DNA from: the human T2T-CHM13v2.0 reference genome, Homo sapiens
Strand: one strand, 5' to 3'
Assembly: GCF_009914755.1 (NCBI RefSeq)
Contig: NC_060937.1
Length of the DNA stretch: 64,000 bases
A program made the translations under genes and the position numbers. Position 1 is the stretch's first letter. Each line of letters begins with the position of its first letter. The notes under the pieces were generated by a model. It was not told where the DNA came from, made no database searches, and saw only the letters and a program-made list of their open reading frames with translations. Below are positions 30,519-54,676 of the stretch, in pieces.

Positions 30519-31648
30519 ACAGCTTTTCATTTCTAACAACTAGGTTGAATCTGTGCTACACAGATTTGGTTATTAATAGATATAATTCAGCCTTCTTCAC
30601 TGAAATCGGTGCTTCCTTTTATTTCTTTCTGCTCCTGATGCAAGCTAGGCACACACTAGGCATTCAAAAATATTTGTTGACTGATGAAAAGTCACTGAAT
30701 ATGCACAATCAGAGTTTACCATTTTGAACTGCTACAGAAAACAGTAAAACTGTGGATTCAATAGTCCATGGTCATTTCAACTCATATCTTTTTCCCAAGT
30801 ATCGGGAAAATATTTTCTGGACAGATTTTTCTCCAGTAAAACTGAAACCTAAATTTGATCTATTTATTCAGAGTTCAGGCCCAACACTTAAATTATAGGA
30901 AGGTATGTCTATAATTCCAAATTCACTCCAAGTGGACTTTCAGCCCAGGGGAGATAACTAATGGCCTCAATTCTTCCACTCCTTTCCCTGCTGCAGGAAT
31001 CAGTCCCCTGGACTCTGATGTGTGGCTGGGTTGGCTGGGTTGCCCTGGGCAGACTTATTAGCTTGGACTCTTTCGCATGCAAAAGATAGCACCTGTGTGA
31101 CTGTACATATTGAAAATGCAATTGCAGGTGTATTTGCAAATTGGATTTTGAGGGGGAAATTTAAGCAAATCCTTTTGAAAGCAAATCCCTCCAAGGAGTG
31201 AGTAATAAAGAAACAAGAAGAAAGGTGACAATCAAAAACCTATTAAAATCTAGTTTCCAGAGAAGAAGCTGACTGTCTAATGACATTTATGCTTTCATAG
31301 CTAGGCATTTAACAGTCATTTTGTGTCAGTTGCTTCCTTTATACATGTCACGTGGCACATTTTTCAGTTTTCTGTATTTCTGAGACCTTAATCCCAATCA
31401 CTCTTAAATGCTTGAAATGAGCCCATGTTCCTAAAAGGAGGGGGTTTTTGTCCACCTGAATTTCTCTGCAGGAATCTACAATGATGCCTCAAGCATCAGT
31501 ATATGAAGTCAACCACTGTCATTCATCCAATTCATTCATTCCATTCATTCTTTTAGTTAGCCCTAAAACTCCATGGTAAATTATTATGGCCAAGAGAAGG
31601 CTAAACCAACCAGCTGTTTAAAAACATTAGAATTTGGGATCGCAATGA

Positions 31649-32006
<358 letters not shown>

Positions 32007-33317
32007 GAAATTATTCTTATTTGATTAATCACTGATACCTTTAGTTCCCATTTGTTTGTTTCCTTTATTTTTTGCTTTTGTTAATTCCACTGCCTAACCC
32101 CCAAACGTTTACCCTTACTGCTCTATTTTGCATCTGAACGTTATTTGCTACTGCTGCTGTACTTCTCTGGGTTTAAAACGGGACAGTAGTAGATATGAGG
32201 AATCAAGAGCAGTAGAAACCTAGATCTTACATTTTGGTCAGATTGTAAACGTGTGATGACAATAAGATATGATCAACTTTTTGACCTTACCCTTCAGCTC
32301 TCCAACTGACATTGGTTGTTTGGAGGGGGACAAATCCTGACTCAGGATCCAAGTATCTTTCTTCCCCTCCATGGTAAAGAATGTAATTCTAATTGGGAAA
32401 AGAAGAAAGAATTATCAAATTTTAACACATCAACTGGTTTCTAAAATACTTTTGGAATAGTCTAGTATGAATGTCTTTAAAAAGTGGGGCTGGGATTTTA
32501 TCTGATCTTTGTTGGTTTCTATCAATTGTGGCACTGGAGCCTGTTAAAAATAAATACCATATAGAGACACGTTTTCCGAAAGCAAAACCTGGTGTCTGCA
32601 AAACTTACAGGCTCATGGGTTTCTAATTGGGAGTGTGCACACAGACCCCTCCAAGGTAAATACATACATTCTAAATTTACCCGAGCGCTTTAAGCAGCTC
32701 TTAACATCCTATGACAAGGAGAACATTTGTTAATCAGAAAAATTACAACCTATTCATACTTATTGTTTGATTATTTCTCTGCTGACCTCTGAAGTCCCAT
32801 TGTTGATTGAATTAGTTATAGTAACTCATATTTATTTTAGCAACTAGCTAATATAAATGCAAACTCTTCTTATCACCAGATGATTGATAGGCACATTAAG
32901 AAGTTGTTCAACAGGTTGCTTGGTTTGAAGAAATGTTTAAATCCTGATGGGTTACCTTTTTATCAGCAAAGAGTGGGAATTAGCACAGATAAGCCCATAG
33001 TAACAAAAATTTTATTTTCGAAGTGGAATGTTGTCAGTTCTTTATATTTGATTTTGCTTGAAGCAGTAGATTCTATCAGTTCCTTTTTATAGATTTAAAT
33101 GTATTTTGGAGGTATTGCTTTTCTATTGTTGACTGGAGAAGGTATCCTATAAAGAATATTATCAAGCAGCTGAAGGTGATGAAGTATCTGTTGGCACTAA
33201 TCTGACTTTCCTTCTTCTTTCTGTTTTGTTTTTGCATAAAACGTCCATTTTGTAAAGGCTTTCAGGCACTTGAACTAAGTTAGCCCCACAAATGCCTAAC
33301 ATTTTTTTCACTGGTAA

Positions 33318-36117
<2,800 letters not shown>

Positions 36118-36789
36118 TACAACTCGCTTAGAGTCACCTGCTAGAGGTTTCTGGCTATTTGGAGATTTGCTGGCTCTGCCATGGACATGATGGCATATTC
36201 GTGGATGATATGGAGAGTGACAAAATGGCTGAGTGTCTAATTATTAATCAAATCACAGATTCATATCTCTCTCCCCCTCCTCCACTAGTTTCCTTGGAGA
36301 CACAGTTTTTTGTCAATTTTTTGAATTGCATTAATATTAACTATGACTTTGAATCAGGAAGAATGCAAAATATCTGAAGAGTAGTATTTATATCTTCCAC
36401 GTGACATTTGCATCACATGGATAAACGTTAAAAATGTTCTTGAGAACACGGGAAAATAAGGAAATAGAGTTCAAAAATAAAGTATAGAACTTGTTAGACT
36501 AGTTTCTGTTTAAAACTCGGTGGATTATACCTCTTTGTTTTAAACCATTAGAACAGCAATGATTAAATATCAGATTCCTTAAAGAGTCACCAGTTCCTTT
36601 TGGAAAGTTTTGATTAAAGCATTGTATTTATTAAACTGTTCTACCCACACATCTTTCCTTCAAGATGTTGTTTTTCCCACGTCTACTGTTTTATTACATG
36701 ACAGTTATTGAAAGGTTAGATGTGGTTTAATTTCTCAAGGTTTATTTTTATATGTCATAAATCAAGCTTTGTTTTTTTAATACTTTACA

Positions 36790-36990
36790 AGAAGCAGTGT
36801 GGTCTGTTCAAAGGGGGTGCCGGGAGACCTGGGTTCTATTTCTGACTATGACATGTGACTGGGTAAGTCGATGAATTCATCAGTGTCTCAGTCTCCCTTG
36901 CCATGTAATGGGGATAATAATATCTCCCTTTTACCTACTTCACAGTTTTTTTTTAAAGGATTAATTAGTTGATGTTTGCAAGTCACTCTG
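36790..36990 (+). mobile_element. MIR
   Basis: gagacctgggttctatt...tgtgactgggtaagtc...tctcagt...gtaatggggataataat...cctacttcacag is the MIR core. Confidence 0.7.
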
Positions 36991-37819
36991 AGCTCCTTTG
37001 ATAAAATACAAAGCACCATTATTTATGACAATAATAATAGTGTCTCGACCAGTACGTTTCCTTTCATCCAAGGATGGCAAAGTACTTTACCACTGGGATT
37101 GCAGCTTTACAGCAGATTACTGTGTGGTGGCTGGCTCTCCCTGAAGAAACAGATGGTAATGAGCAGTCTGGTTTTCACTAGAGAGTAATTAAGTCTCCCA
37201 CCAACTCATTGAATCATTTGCATAAACTTCCCAAGACAGAAGTGCAGCTCCCGAAAGAGCTGGGAGAAGCTGAATTGGGCTCTCATCCCTCATTACTATT
37301 TATAAACAAGTCACAGGGGATGTGGATCTTGGAATATCAATATTTTCAACCCTTAAATCGATATGCTGAAAGGTTGCTAAAGCATGGGAATATTTAGACA
37401 ACAGGTAAATTAGGTTCAACAAAAACATACATGTAAGAAGCGTGGGTTACCTGAGGGTATTTCAAGTTGTGTAGACCAATTACGTACAAGTCCTGTGATC
37501 TCTCCTTGGCAGTCTGGTTAGACTAACTTTCAGTTAATTGACAAAGACGAATTAAGTGCCTGACTCGTGTGCCTGTCTCGGGTTATTAAGAAGAAAAGTG
37601 TGCGATGTGGTCCCTGCCCTCAAGTTGTTTACAACGTATTTGAGAAGATGAAACTAAGATACAGGAAACAATTAGTGGAGTATGGAAGACAGCATATAAT
37701 TAAGGGCTAAATTGTGTGGAACAGACCACAGGACGTTGAAAGAAGGAAGTGGTCTGTATGGACCAGTGTAGTTCAGGAATGCTTCACCAAACACGTGAAT
37801 TAAAGAAGCACATTTTCCA

Positions 37820-37880
37820 TGTACTCCATAAATATATAGACCCACTATATACCCACAAACATTCAAATTTTTGTTTGAAT
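37820..37880 (+). mobile_element. Very short L1MA-type 3' terminal fragment (tail resumes at ~38557-38594)
   Basis: catgtactccataaatatatagacccactatatacccacaaa matches the L1MA terminus; degenerate TSD AGCAcaTTTTCCA (37807-37819) / AGCAtgTTTTCCA (38594-38606). Confidence 0.65.
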
Positions 37881-37882
37881 GA

Positions 37883-38283
37883 ATATATCTATATAGAATA
37901 TCTATATAGAATATCTATATAGAATATATAGAATATCTATATAGAATATCTATAGAATATCTATATAGAATATCTATAGAATATCTATATAGAATATCTA
38001 TAGAATATCTATATAGAATATCTATAGAATATCTATATAGAATATCTATAGAATATCTATATAGAATATCTATATAGAATATATAGAATATCTATATAGA
38101 ATATATAGAATATATACAGAATATATATACAGAATATATACAGAATATATATACAGAATATATACAGAATATATATACAGAATATATACAGAATATATAT
38201 ACAGAATATATATAGAATATATATACAGAATATATATAGAATATAAATAAATAAATAAATAAATAAATAAAATATATATATAT
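37883..38283. repeat. AT-rich minisatellite of alternating 13/11-bp units
   Basis: AGAATATCTATAT/AGAATATCTAT units, then AGAATATATATAC/AGAATATATAC units, then (TAAA)n. Confidence 0.95.
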
Positions 38284-43704
<5,421 letters not shown>

Positions 43705-44318
43705 TCAATATTTTCATCTCTACTATTTCATTTAGCCCATTTAAAAATATGGAGATAATTTAAAAAATAATGTCCTGTTCTTGCCTTGTAGATTCTATTC
43801 TTTCTCAAGCTCTATACACATTTCAAACAAAGTTATTAATATTATCATTTAAAGTGATTTGTCCAGGATGATGTAATGCTCTTTTCACTGCACGCCTTTG
43901 TATTCTTTTTAAAATTGAGACAGGGTCTTGCTATGTTGTCCAGGCTGAATTTGCACTTCTGGGCTCTAGCAATCCTCCTGCCTCAGCCTCCCAGTAGTTG
44001 GGACTACAGCTTCTTGCTACCTCTCCCAGCTCCAAACTTATTTTAAACTCCCTTTCAGATTGTTCTGTTACTCCTAGTTCCTGTACTGTAAATTCTTCCT
44101 TTCTGTGTATTTAATGCATCCCTCTCAGGAGGGATGTTGGTTACCTCTTGTGTTAAGATTTTTAATGGTGAGCTCATTGTCAAAGGGAATTGTTTGAAAG
44201 GGTCCAACTGCTCTGGACTGTGGCAATATCAAGTGGGATGTTTCTCATTGGCCTCTGCTGTGATCCTCCAGGGCTAAACACACTAAGAGTAGTTCTGCTG
44301 TTAACAATAAGGCCTAGA

Positions 44319-45491
<1,173 letters not shown>

Positions 45492-45932
45492 ACAATAAGG
45501 TCTAGAGCATAGGCCATAGAGAAAGTCCTATAGATCGCTTCTTCCAGGCCTTCCTTGTGTAGTCAGACAACCAGCATGTGGTTACAAGCATGTCCCATAC
45601 TTTCTAAGATGCTGACAGGGGCTTTGTTAAATTCCCCTTCTTATTCTCCCAAAACTGTCCCTCTGATGTGGGGAACTAGATGATCCAAACAGGTTAGTTA
45701 TTAGGAACCATGCTGCTTATTATTCAGGACCAAGCTTTCTTAAAAGTGTTTCCTGAATTGATTGGGTGGTGATTTTTTCCCCAAGAATGAAAGTGAAGCT
45801 CATGGGTACATATATTTCTAGGGTGTTATTTCTAGCTTAAAGAAACTTTCAGGCTGGGCACAGTGGCTCATGCCTGTAATCCCAGCACTTTGGGAGGCCA
45901 AGGCAGGTGGATCACTTGTGGTCAGGAGTTCA

Positions 45933-46184
<252 letters not shown>

Positions 46185-49100
46185 TTAGTGTTAGGCAGCT
46201 CCTCAGGCTTTGTGGAATTCCTGGAAGATGATAGCGAGTCCTTTGATGGCACTAGCTGATTCTCATCAGACTTTGATCCAAGAGATTGGAGATATTGGCG
46301 ATTCAAGGAAGGATAGGACACATTTTTTTTTTCACCAAGGAGTTCGTAATCCAGTACAGATACACACACCCAAGGTAATGACAAGGGTACAGTAGAACAA
46401 AGTGCTGTCTTGAAGGTAAGCTGAAAGATCTATGGGAATAAACATGCAAGAGTAATTAATTCTGCCAAGTGGAAGAGAAAAAAGGAAAACTAGAGAAAGA
46501 AGACAACTTTCTGGGTGTTCTTGGAATGAAGGTTTTACCAGGAAGATGAGGGGCTGGAGGGCACTTGTGGCAGAAGAAATAGTTTGAACAATGACAAGTG
46601 TGACAACCACAATGCTTGGATGCAAGAAAAACATACATCTGTGTTGTTTTTTTCTAAACTAAATGAAAAATGGCCAGGGTCCCTACTCATCTCTTGTTAG
46701 GAAATGCAGTGTGTCATTTTTTGGGGTGGGGACAAAAGGGGCTAATGTAGGCAGTCTAAAAAGTTTGAGAATGGGCCTCTTGTCTTTGGGGCATCATAGT
46801 TGCCCTGAGATGTTCACTGTTTCTTGGGCTCCATAGGAAGGGTGTTTACAGTGCTTACTGTTCTTGGGTGCTCCTCTTTGAAGGGAGTAGAGGTTTTCAT
46901 AGAGGTTTGCAGATATCCTTGGAGCTGGGCTGGGATCATGTGGTTCTTTTTTTTTGATACCGAGTCTCGCTCTGTTGTACAGGCTGGAGTGCAATGGCGT
47001 GATCTTGGCTCACTGCAACCTCCGCCTCCTGGATTCAAATGATTCCCCCGCCTCAGCCTCCTGAGTCACTGGGATTACGTGCCACCACGTCTGGCTAATT
47101 TTTGTAGTTTTAGTAAAGATGGGGTTTCACCATGTTGGCCAGGCTGGTCTTGAACTCCTGGCCTCAGGTGATCCTCCCACCTCGGCCTCCCAAAGTGCTG
47201 GGATTACAGGCATGAGCCACTGGACCAGGGCTGGTATCATGTGGTTCTGTACACAGAGTTTTACTTAATGCCTCTACTTTGCTTTCAGCACCTGAGCTCT
47301 GCCCTACACAGTGCCTACTGCCCAACGATTAGGCATCTCAAGCTTGGTTCAGTGGCTCCAGAGAATAAACCTCCTACCTCTTGTGAAGGTGGGGAGGGGT
47401 AGACCCTTGACTGCAGAGGGGAGAGTTGGGGTCTGGAGTCCAAATGCTCTTTGTATAGACTTTCAGTGAAGCCCTCTCTTTTCAGCAACACCCTCTCTGT
47501 CACCATCTTCAGTATCTGATGCTTCTAGTTCTTGAGCCTGAGGGCCAACATACTAGCTTCTAGTCTAGGCTCTTAGGTTTCACTTCGTGCTCTGGGCCAC
47601 GCTAGTTACTGCTTCTCCACGAGTGTTGGGTCTTTGCATTTTACTGTTTCGGGCTACAGATGTCTATCGGTTTCACTGGTGAGGAAGTTTTTATTGCTTC
47701 TTGCTCTTCTTGTTGGCTTTGGATGATATCTGAGGAAAGGATTAGTCTACCAGCTTTGAAACATGCTTTCTTCAAGTTAAAATGGTCTTTCCCTTATTTG
47801 CTCACTTTCAGACACTTCCCAGTTTATGATAATTTTTTTCTCCTCTTAGGCCATTAGACTTTCATTTACTTTTCCTTGTATAAAAGATGAAAATCCACCT
47901 TAATTTAAAACATTTTATTTTTATTAGAGTTATTAATGCTTATAGTTTAAAGAGTTAAATAATCCTACAAGAAGTAAGAAAACCAGTTCTCACCTGCCTG
48001 CCTCTCTTCTCCATTTTTAGGCTCTTTAGAAGCATCCTCTTTCAAACTTTTAGTTGTTACTTTTGAGAATTATAGCCACGTCACTGAGCAACTGCTTATT
48101 ACTTATAGTGCTATATCAAGAGCTTTCAGTTAAGATATTGTCTACTTACTTCCTGATATGGAAGATGAGAATTTAGCTCTTTAGTAATATTCTCTTTTTC
48201 TCTTTTTATGATTTTTTTTTTTTGTACAGTTGGGGTCTCACTATATTGCCCAGGCAGGAGTACAGTGGCACAATCTCGGCTCACTGCAAGCTCCACCTAC
48301 TGGGTTCAAGCGAGTCTCCTGCCTCAGCCTCCTGAGTAGCTGGGATTATAGGCATGCACCACCATGCCCGGTTAATTTTGTATTTTTAGCAGAGACAGGG
48401 TTTCGCTATGTTGGTCAGTCTGGTCTTGAACTCGTGACCTCAAGTGATCCACCTGCCTCAGCCTCCCAAAGTGTTGGGATTACAGGTGTGAGCCACCGTG
48501 CCCAGCCCCTAATTTGTTCTTTAATTTCTGCTTCTGACTGTTGTCCCTAGTGTCCTTGAAAATATGTTTAACAATACACAATTTGTGGGACTGTGTTTCC
48601 CAGTTGAGATTAACTTGCTTGCCTCTCCAACGTTGAGTAATTGAGGCTCATAAATTTTGATGTATGGTCCTATAGTCTCTGTATGCAAATGAGAAAAACA
48701 TCACTATTTTATTGACCATATTCCAATATTTCCTGTGGTGTGGGGCTCATAAGCACGATTATTCTTTCTCCATGTATGGGGAGTAACTCTAAAGGCGTAA
48801 TTCCATTACTATGAGGTAACTCCTTGTCTTAGAACTGATTTATTTGCAGCTGAAGAATAGAACTAATTTTATATTACTTTATGAGATGCTTACTTAGTTA
48901 TTCTCTCCCCTACCTTCTTCCAGATAAGTGTACAGGTACCAGGAATATCACAAAAAGATATTCTGTGATAACCTAGACTTATTTTTGCACTTTTCTTTTT
49001 CTCACTAAACTTACTAACAGAAAGCTGAGACTAGATATTTAATAGAATTAATGTCTGGAATATTGGGGTAATTAAAATACAGTAGGGATGATCACTCCAA

Positions 49101-49421
49101 GATTCCTTGGTTCTGTGAATAACATGCATGTCTGAGAGCGCATCTCTGAGTGAGTGTGTTTTTCCCTTGCGGAACCTGATTTATGAGGAAGTATAGTGGC
49201 TAAGAACACAGCCACATAAATTTGAGTTCAGTCCACTTACTAATGGGATTGACTTGCATAAGGTACTTAATCTTTATAAGCTCCTGTTTTCTCACCTGTA
49301 GAGGGGGGAAAGTAATACCTGCCCTACAGGTAACTGTAAAGATTAAATGTGATAACATACGTAAAGCACTTAGGATGGTGACTGGGCCTGACATACACTT
49401 ACCATTTGTGGTTGTTTTGGG

Positions 49422-49830
49422 ATATATATATATATATATATTTTTTTAGATATATATTTATATATATTTTAGATATATATATAGTTTAGATATATATATT
49501 TTAGATATATAGTTTAGATATATATTTATATATATTTTAGATATACATAAAAAATATATATTATATATATTAAAAATATATATATTAAATATATTAAAAA
49601 ATATATAATATATATATTAAAAATATATATATTAAATATATTTAAAAATATATAATATATATATTAAAAATATATATAATATATATTAAAAATATATAAT
49701 ATATATAATATATATTAAATATATATTTAATATATATTATATATATTAAAGATATATTTAATATATATATCTTTAATATATATAATATATATTTAATATA
49801 TATTAAAATATATATATATATTAAAAATAA
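49422..49830. repeat. ~400-bp degenerate (TA)n AT-rich array
   Basis: Almost entirely A/T, with TTTTAGATATATAT and ATATATATTAAAA subunits. Confidence 0.95.
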
Positions 49831-50748
49831 TTTTTTTTCCAAGATGGAGTCTTGCTCTGTCGTCCAGGCTGGAGTGCAGTGGCATGATCTCGGCTCACTG
49901 CAGCCTCCACCTCCCGAGCAGCTGGAATTACAGGCACCCACCACTACACCCGGCTAATTTTTTATTTTTAGCAGAGACAGGATTTCACCATGTTGGCCAG
50001 GCTGGTCTTGAACTCCTGACCTCAAGTGATCCACCCACCTCAGTCTCCCAAAGTGCTGGGATTACGGGCATCAGCCACTGCACTCAACCTGTTTTGGGAT
50101 ATTAACCATACCTCTCTTCCTCTCTTTCAAAATAGAGATTCTAACGTCATCTGCAATTCCAAAAGTTCAATTATTTCCTAGTTATTTGTGTTAGACAACA
50201 GAAGATCTTTGAGTCACACCTGTAGTGATATATTTGGCAGCCCGTAAGAGGTTATTTTATGAGATAGACGTTAAGAAGTCTCCTAAAAGATGCAATTTTC
50301 CCCAGAATCTCCCGATCCTTAAAAAAATCAAATTGTTGGCTGGGCGCTGTGGCTCACGCCTGTAATCTCAGCACTTTGGGAGGCCAAGGCGGGCGGATCA
50401 TGAGGTCAGGAGATCGAGACCATCTCAGCAAACACGGTGAAACCCCGTCTCTACTAAAAATACAAAAAAATTAGCCGGGCTTGGTGGCGGGCGCCTGTAG
50501 TCCCAGCTACTTGGGAGGCTGAGGCAGGAGAATGGCATGAACCCGGGGTTGGGGGGCGGGGGGAGGGCGGAGCTTGCAGTGAGCCGAGATCACGCCACTG
50601 CACTCTAGCCTGGGTGAGAGCGAGACTCCGTCTCAAAAAAAAAAAAAAAAAAAAATTGTTAAAAAAAATTCTAGTTATTCTTTATGAAACTCATTAAGAC
50701 TAGACGTAAGGGTTTTTTAAAATAAAAAAATGTTAGTGCAGTGTGCCA

Positions 50749-50751
<3 letters not shown>

Positions 50752-50781
<30 letters not shown>
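50752..50781. repeat. (AT)15 microsatellite
   Basis: Directly visible, adjacent to an Alu T-tail. Confidence 0.9.
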
Positions 50782-50784
<3 letters not shown>

Positions 50785-51896
50785 TTTTTTTTTTTTTAAA
50801 GACAGGGTCTCATTCTGTAACCCAGGCTGGAGTACAGCAGTACCATCTAACTGCAGCCTCGACCTGCCAGGCTTCATTGATCCTCTCACTTCAGTCTCCT
50901 GAGTAGCTGCGATTACAATCATGTGCCACCATGCCCGGTGGCAAAAAATACAAAAAAGTATTTGTAGAGATGGGGTTTCGTGATGTTCCCCAGGGTGGTC
51001 TTGAACTCCTGTGCTCAAGCGATCCACCGGCCTTGGCCCCCCAAAGTGCTGGGATTATAGGCATGAGCCACCAGGCCCAGCTGCCAAACCAATTTTGAAG
51101 GGTTTTGGGTTATGCTGTAGCTCTTCAGATCTCCTTTGGTATTCAAATGGTCTTCTGATGTATTTACTTTTATTGAAACACCGCATGATAAAACATTAAA
51201 CAGGTGCTGGAATAGATATAAATATACAAGCTGACTTTTTTACTTCTTCAACAGAGAAAAGTGATTGATGTAATTAGATTACTTTGTTTCTACTTTCAAT
51301 CTCTCTTTTTTCTTTTCCTTCTTTTTATTGTATTTTATTTTTATTTATTTATTTATTTTTTTTGAGACTTAGTTTCACTCCTGTTTCCAGGCTGGAGTGC
51401 AATGACGTGATCTCGGCTCATTGCAGTTCAAGCAATTCACCTGCCTCCTGAGTTCAAGCGATTTGCCTGCCTCAGCCTCCCAAGTAGCTGGGATTACAGG
51501 CATATACCACTACGCCCGGCTAATTCTGTACTTTTAGTAGAGACAGGGTTTCACTGTGTTGGTCAGGCTAGTCTCGAACTCCTGACCTCAGGTGATCTGC
51601 CCGCCTCGGCCTCCCAAAGTGCTAGGATTACAGGTGTGAGCCATCGCACCCAGCCTCTTTTTTCTTTTATATTCTCTCTCTCTCCCCACTGCCCCACCCC
51701 CTGAGGTGGTGACAAGGTGGAAGACCTTAAATGGCCAAATTAGACAAGATGGAAATACCGTCCTGGCTTAGTTCGCTGTAACTTCCCTATATGACTCCAC
51801 TGTGCAGCCAGGACCTAGAAATACCTGTCCTGTTACTAACCTATCATTTAAATGGTTTAGTGTGATTTAATCATTCATTCTCTCCCAACAGCTTAA

Positions 51897-52277
<381 letters not shown>

Positions 52278-53747
52278 TGACGTCGTGATCCGCCCACCTC
52301 GGCCTTCCAAAGTGCTGGGATTACAGGCTTGAGCCACTGTGCCCGGCCTTTGGTCTGCATTCTTTTCACACACCTCCTACGGGCAGGAGTTGGAGTTGAT
52401 CTAGCCTAAATCCAACTTGCAAGGCACATTTTTCACTGTAAGTTTTGGTTCTGCGAACCTTGAGCTGTAGTGAATCTAATCATCCAGGCAGGGAATGAGA
52501 TGCAGGGAAGACAATATAGTCTTTAGAGCAGCCCTTGGATCTCCCTGGAAGGCACAATTCAAGAGTAAAAATCCCCTCTGCCCTGTCAAAGTCTTCCTGG
52601 GAAAGACTAGACAAGCCAAGAGGAACCATGGTTGTGGGAAAGATGACAGCCTGAGATTTGGTGATTTTGTCATGAGCCTGCCATGTCGAATTTGCTCCAT
52701 GACACTCGTTTTTGGATCAATCTGGGACAAATTGTATAATTTCCTGAAAGCTTAAAATTAGAAGCAAAAGGCCGAGAATATAAATTTCTACTTTTTATCT
52801 TGATTGACAGAGGAGCAAACACTGGTGTTTATTATTATATATGTTTACAGCTAAAAATAAAACTGCTTCAGATATACTAAAAATTTTGTTTAGAAAAAGC
52901 CACTTTTCACTTTTTTCCAAAGTTGGATCATTACACTGTTCTCTCTGCCTAATTCTATTGTTTTTCTGGAATGTTGTCTATATAGAAGTGGCTTCTTACA
53001 TTTTTTATCACAATTCACATGATTCAACATATTACCCGTATCTCTAGATCTCTCTGATCCTTTAAACCCTTTCTACTGATTATCAATGAAAGTCCTCAAG
53101 GGTTTGAGGTCCTGGCTGTTTTCCTTTCAAGTATATTCAGAATCAGCAGCTTCTTGAATTTCAGAATATAATTTTAGGGCTGCAAGAGCAATTCAGCACC
53201 CAAGTTTTGAAATGTGATGCCAACTTCTAGTCATTGTCCGTCCTTTCTCCTTTTCTTCCTTGCCCCTGTATTCCCGCTGTCTGAACTCTCCCATGACATC
53301 AAAAGTAGCCCTGCTTTGAGGGGACAAAAACTGTACTCATGGGACATTCCATTTTAGTATTTCAAATTTAAATTTATTAGGACCATATTTCATTTTCTAT
53401 TTTTCCTAGAGCCCAGCCCATTATTGAATTACAACAAATGGAAAAAAATGCTGAGAATAAACTAGTTAAATGTTATACTAAGAAATGCACAGAGAAGGTT
53501 GAAAAATTGTTATGATTGTGGCCTCTGCTTTGTCTAAAGTTATTTTATTGTTATAACAAAGTATTGCTTAGTTTTACTCTTTTTTTAAAACACAGAATTT
53601 ATGTTATATGGAGTACAATCAATCAAAAACCCCAATAATTGACTACATTTAGGAATTAATGTTACTTTTTACTTTTATGTAAAAAAAGCATTTCTTAGGT
53701 TCATACTTTAAAAAGACAAACAGATTTAGATAAATATATTCTGGCTA

Positions 53748-54086
<339 letters not shown>

Positions 54087-54493
54087 TTAGAAATAGAATA
54101 AATAAAAAATGTTCACTTTATGTCTTTTTTTTTTTTTTTGAGACAGGGTCTTGCTCTGTCACTCAGGCTGGAGTGCAGTGGCATGATCATGGCTCACTGC
54201 AGCCTCGACCTCCAGGCTCAAGCAATCCTCCCACCTCAGCCTCCCTATTGGGTGGGACCACAGGCTTGTGCTGCCGTGCCTAATTTGTCTTTTTTTCTTT
54301 TCTTTTTATTTTTTATGTTTATTTTTTTTTGAGACAGAGTTTCAGTCTTGTCACCCAGGCTGGAGTGCAATGGTGCAATCTCAGCTCACTGCAACCTCTG
54401 GCTCACTGCAACTTCCACCTCCCGGGTTCAAGTGATTCTCCTGCCTCAGCCTCCCAAGTAGCTGGAATTACAGGCGCCTGCCACCATGCCTAG

Positions 54494-54676
<183 letters not shown>

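Noticed and set aside
30458-30520. 21-aa N-terminal extension of the FABP5 ORF
   Set aside because: It starts at a GTG at the TSD junction and simply translates the parental 5'UTR.
36398-36420. OCT4-SOX2 composite element
   Set aside because: The octamer is perfect but the SOX half reads CCATGT rather than CATTGT, so it is not called.
37883-38283. Regularly spaced repeats resembling a CRISPR array
   Set aside because: No unique spacers and no cas genes; it is a eukaryotic tandem repeat.
45572-45596. p53/p63 response element (also half-site GAGCATGTCT at 40084)
   Set aside because: Only one good half-site in each case, which is expected by chance.
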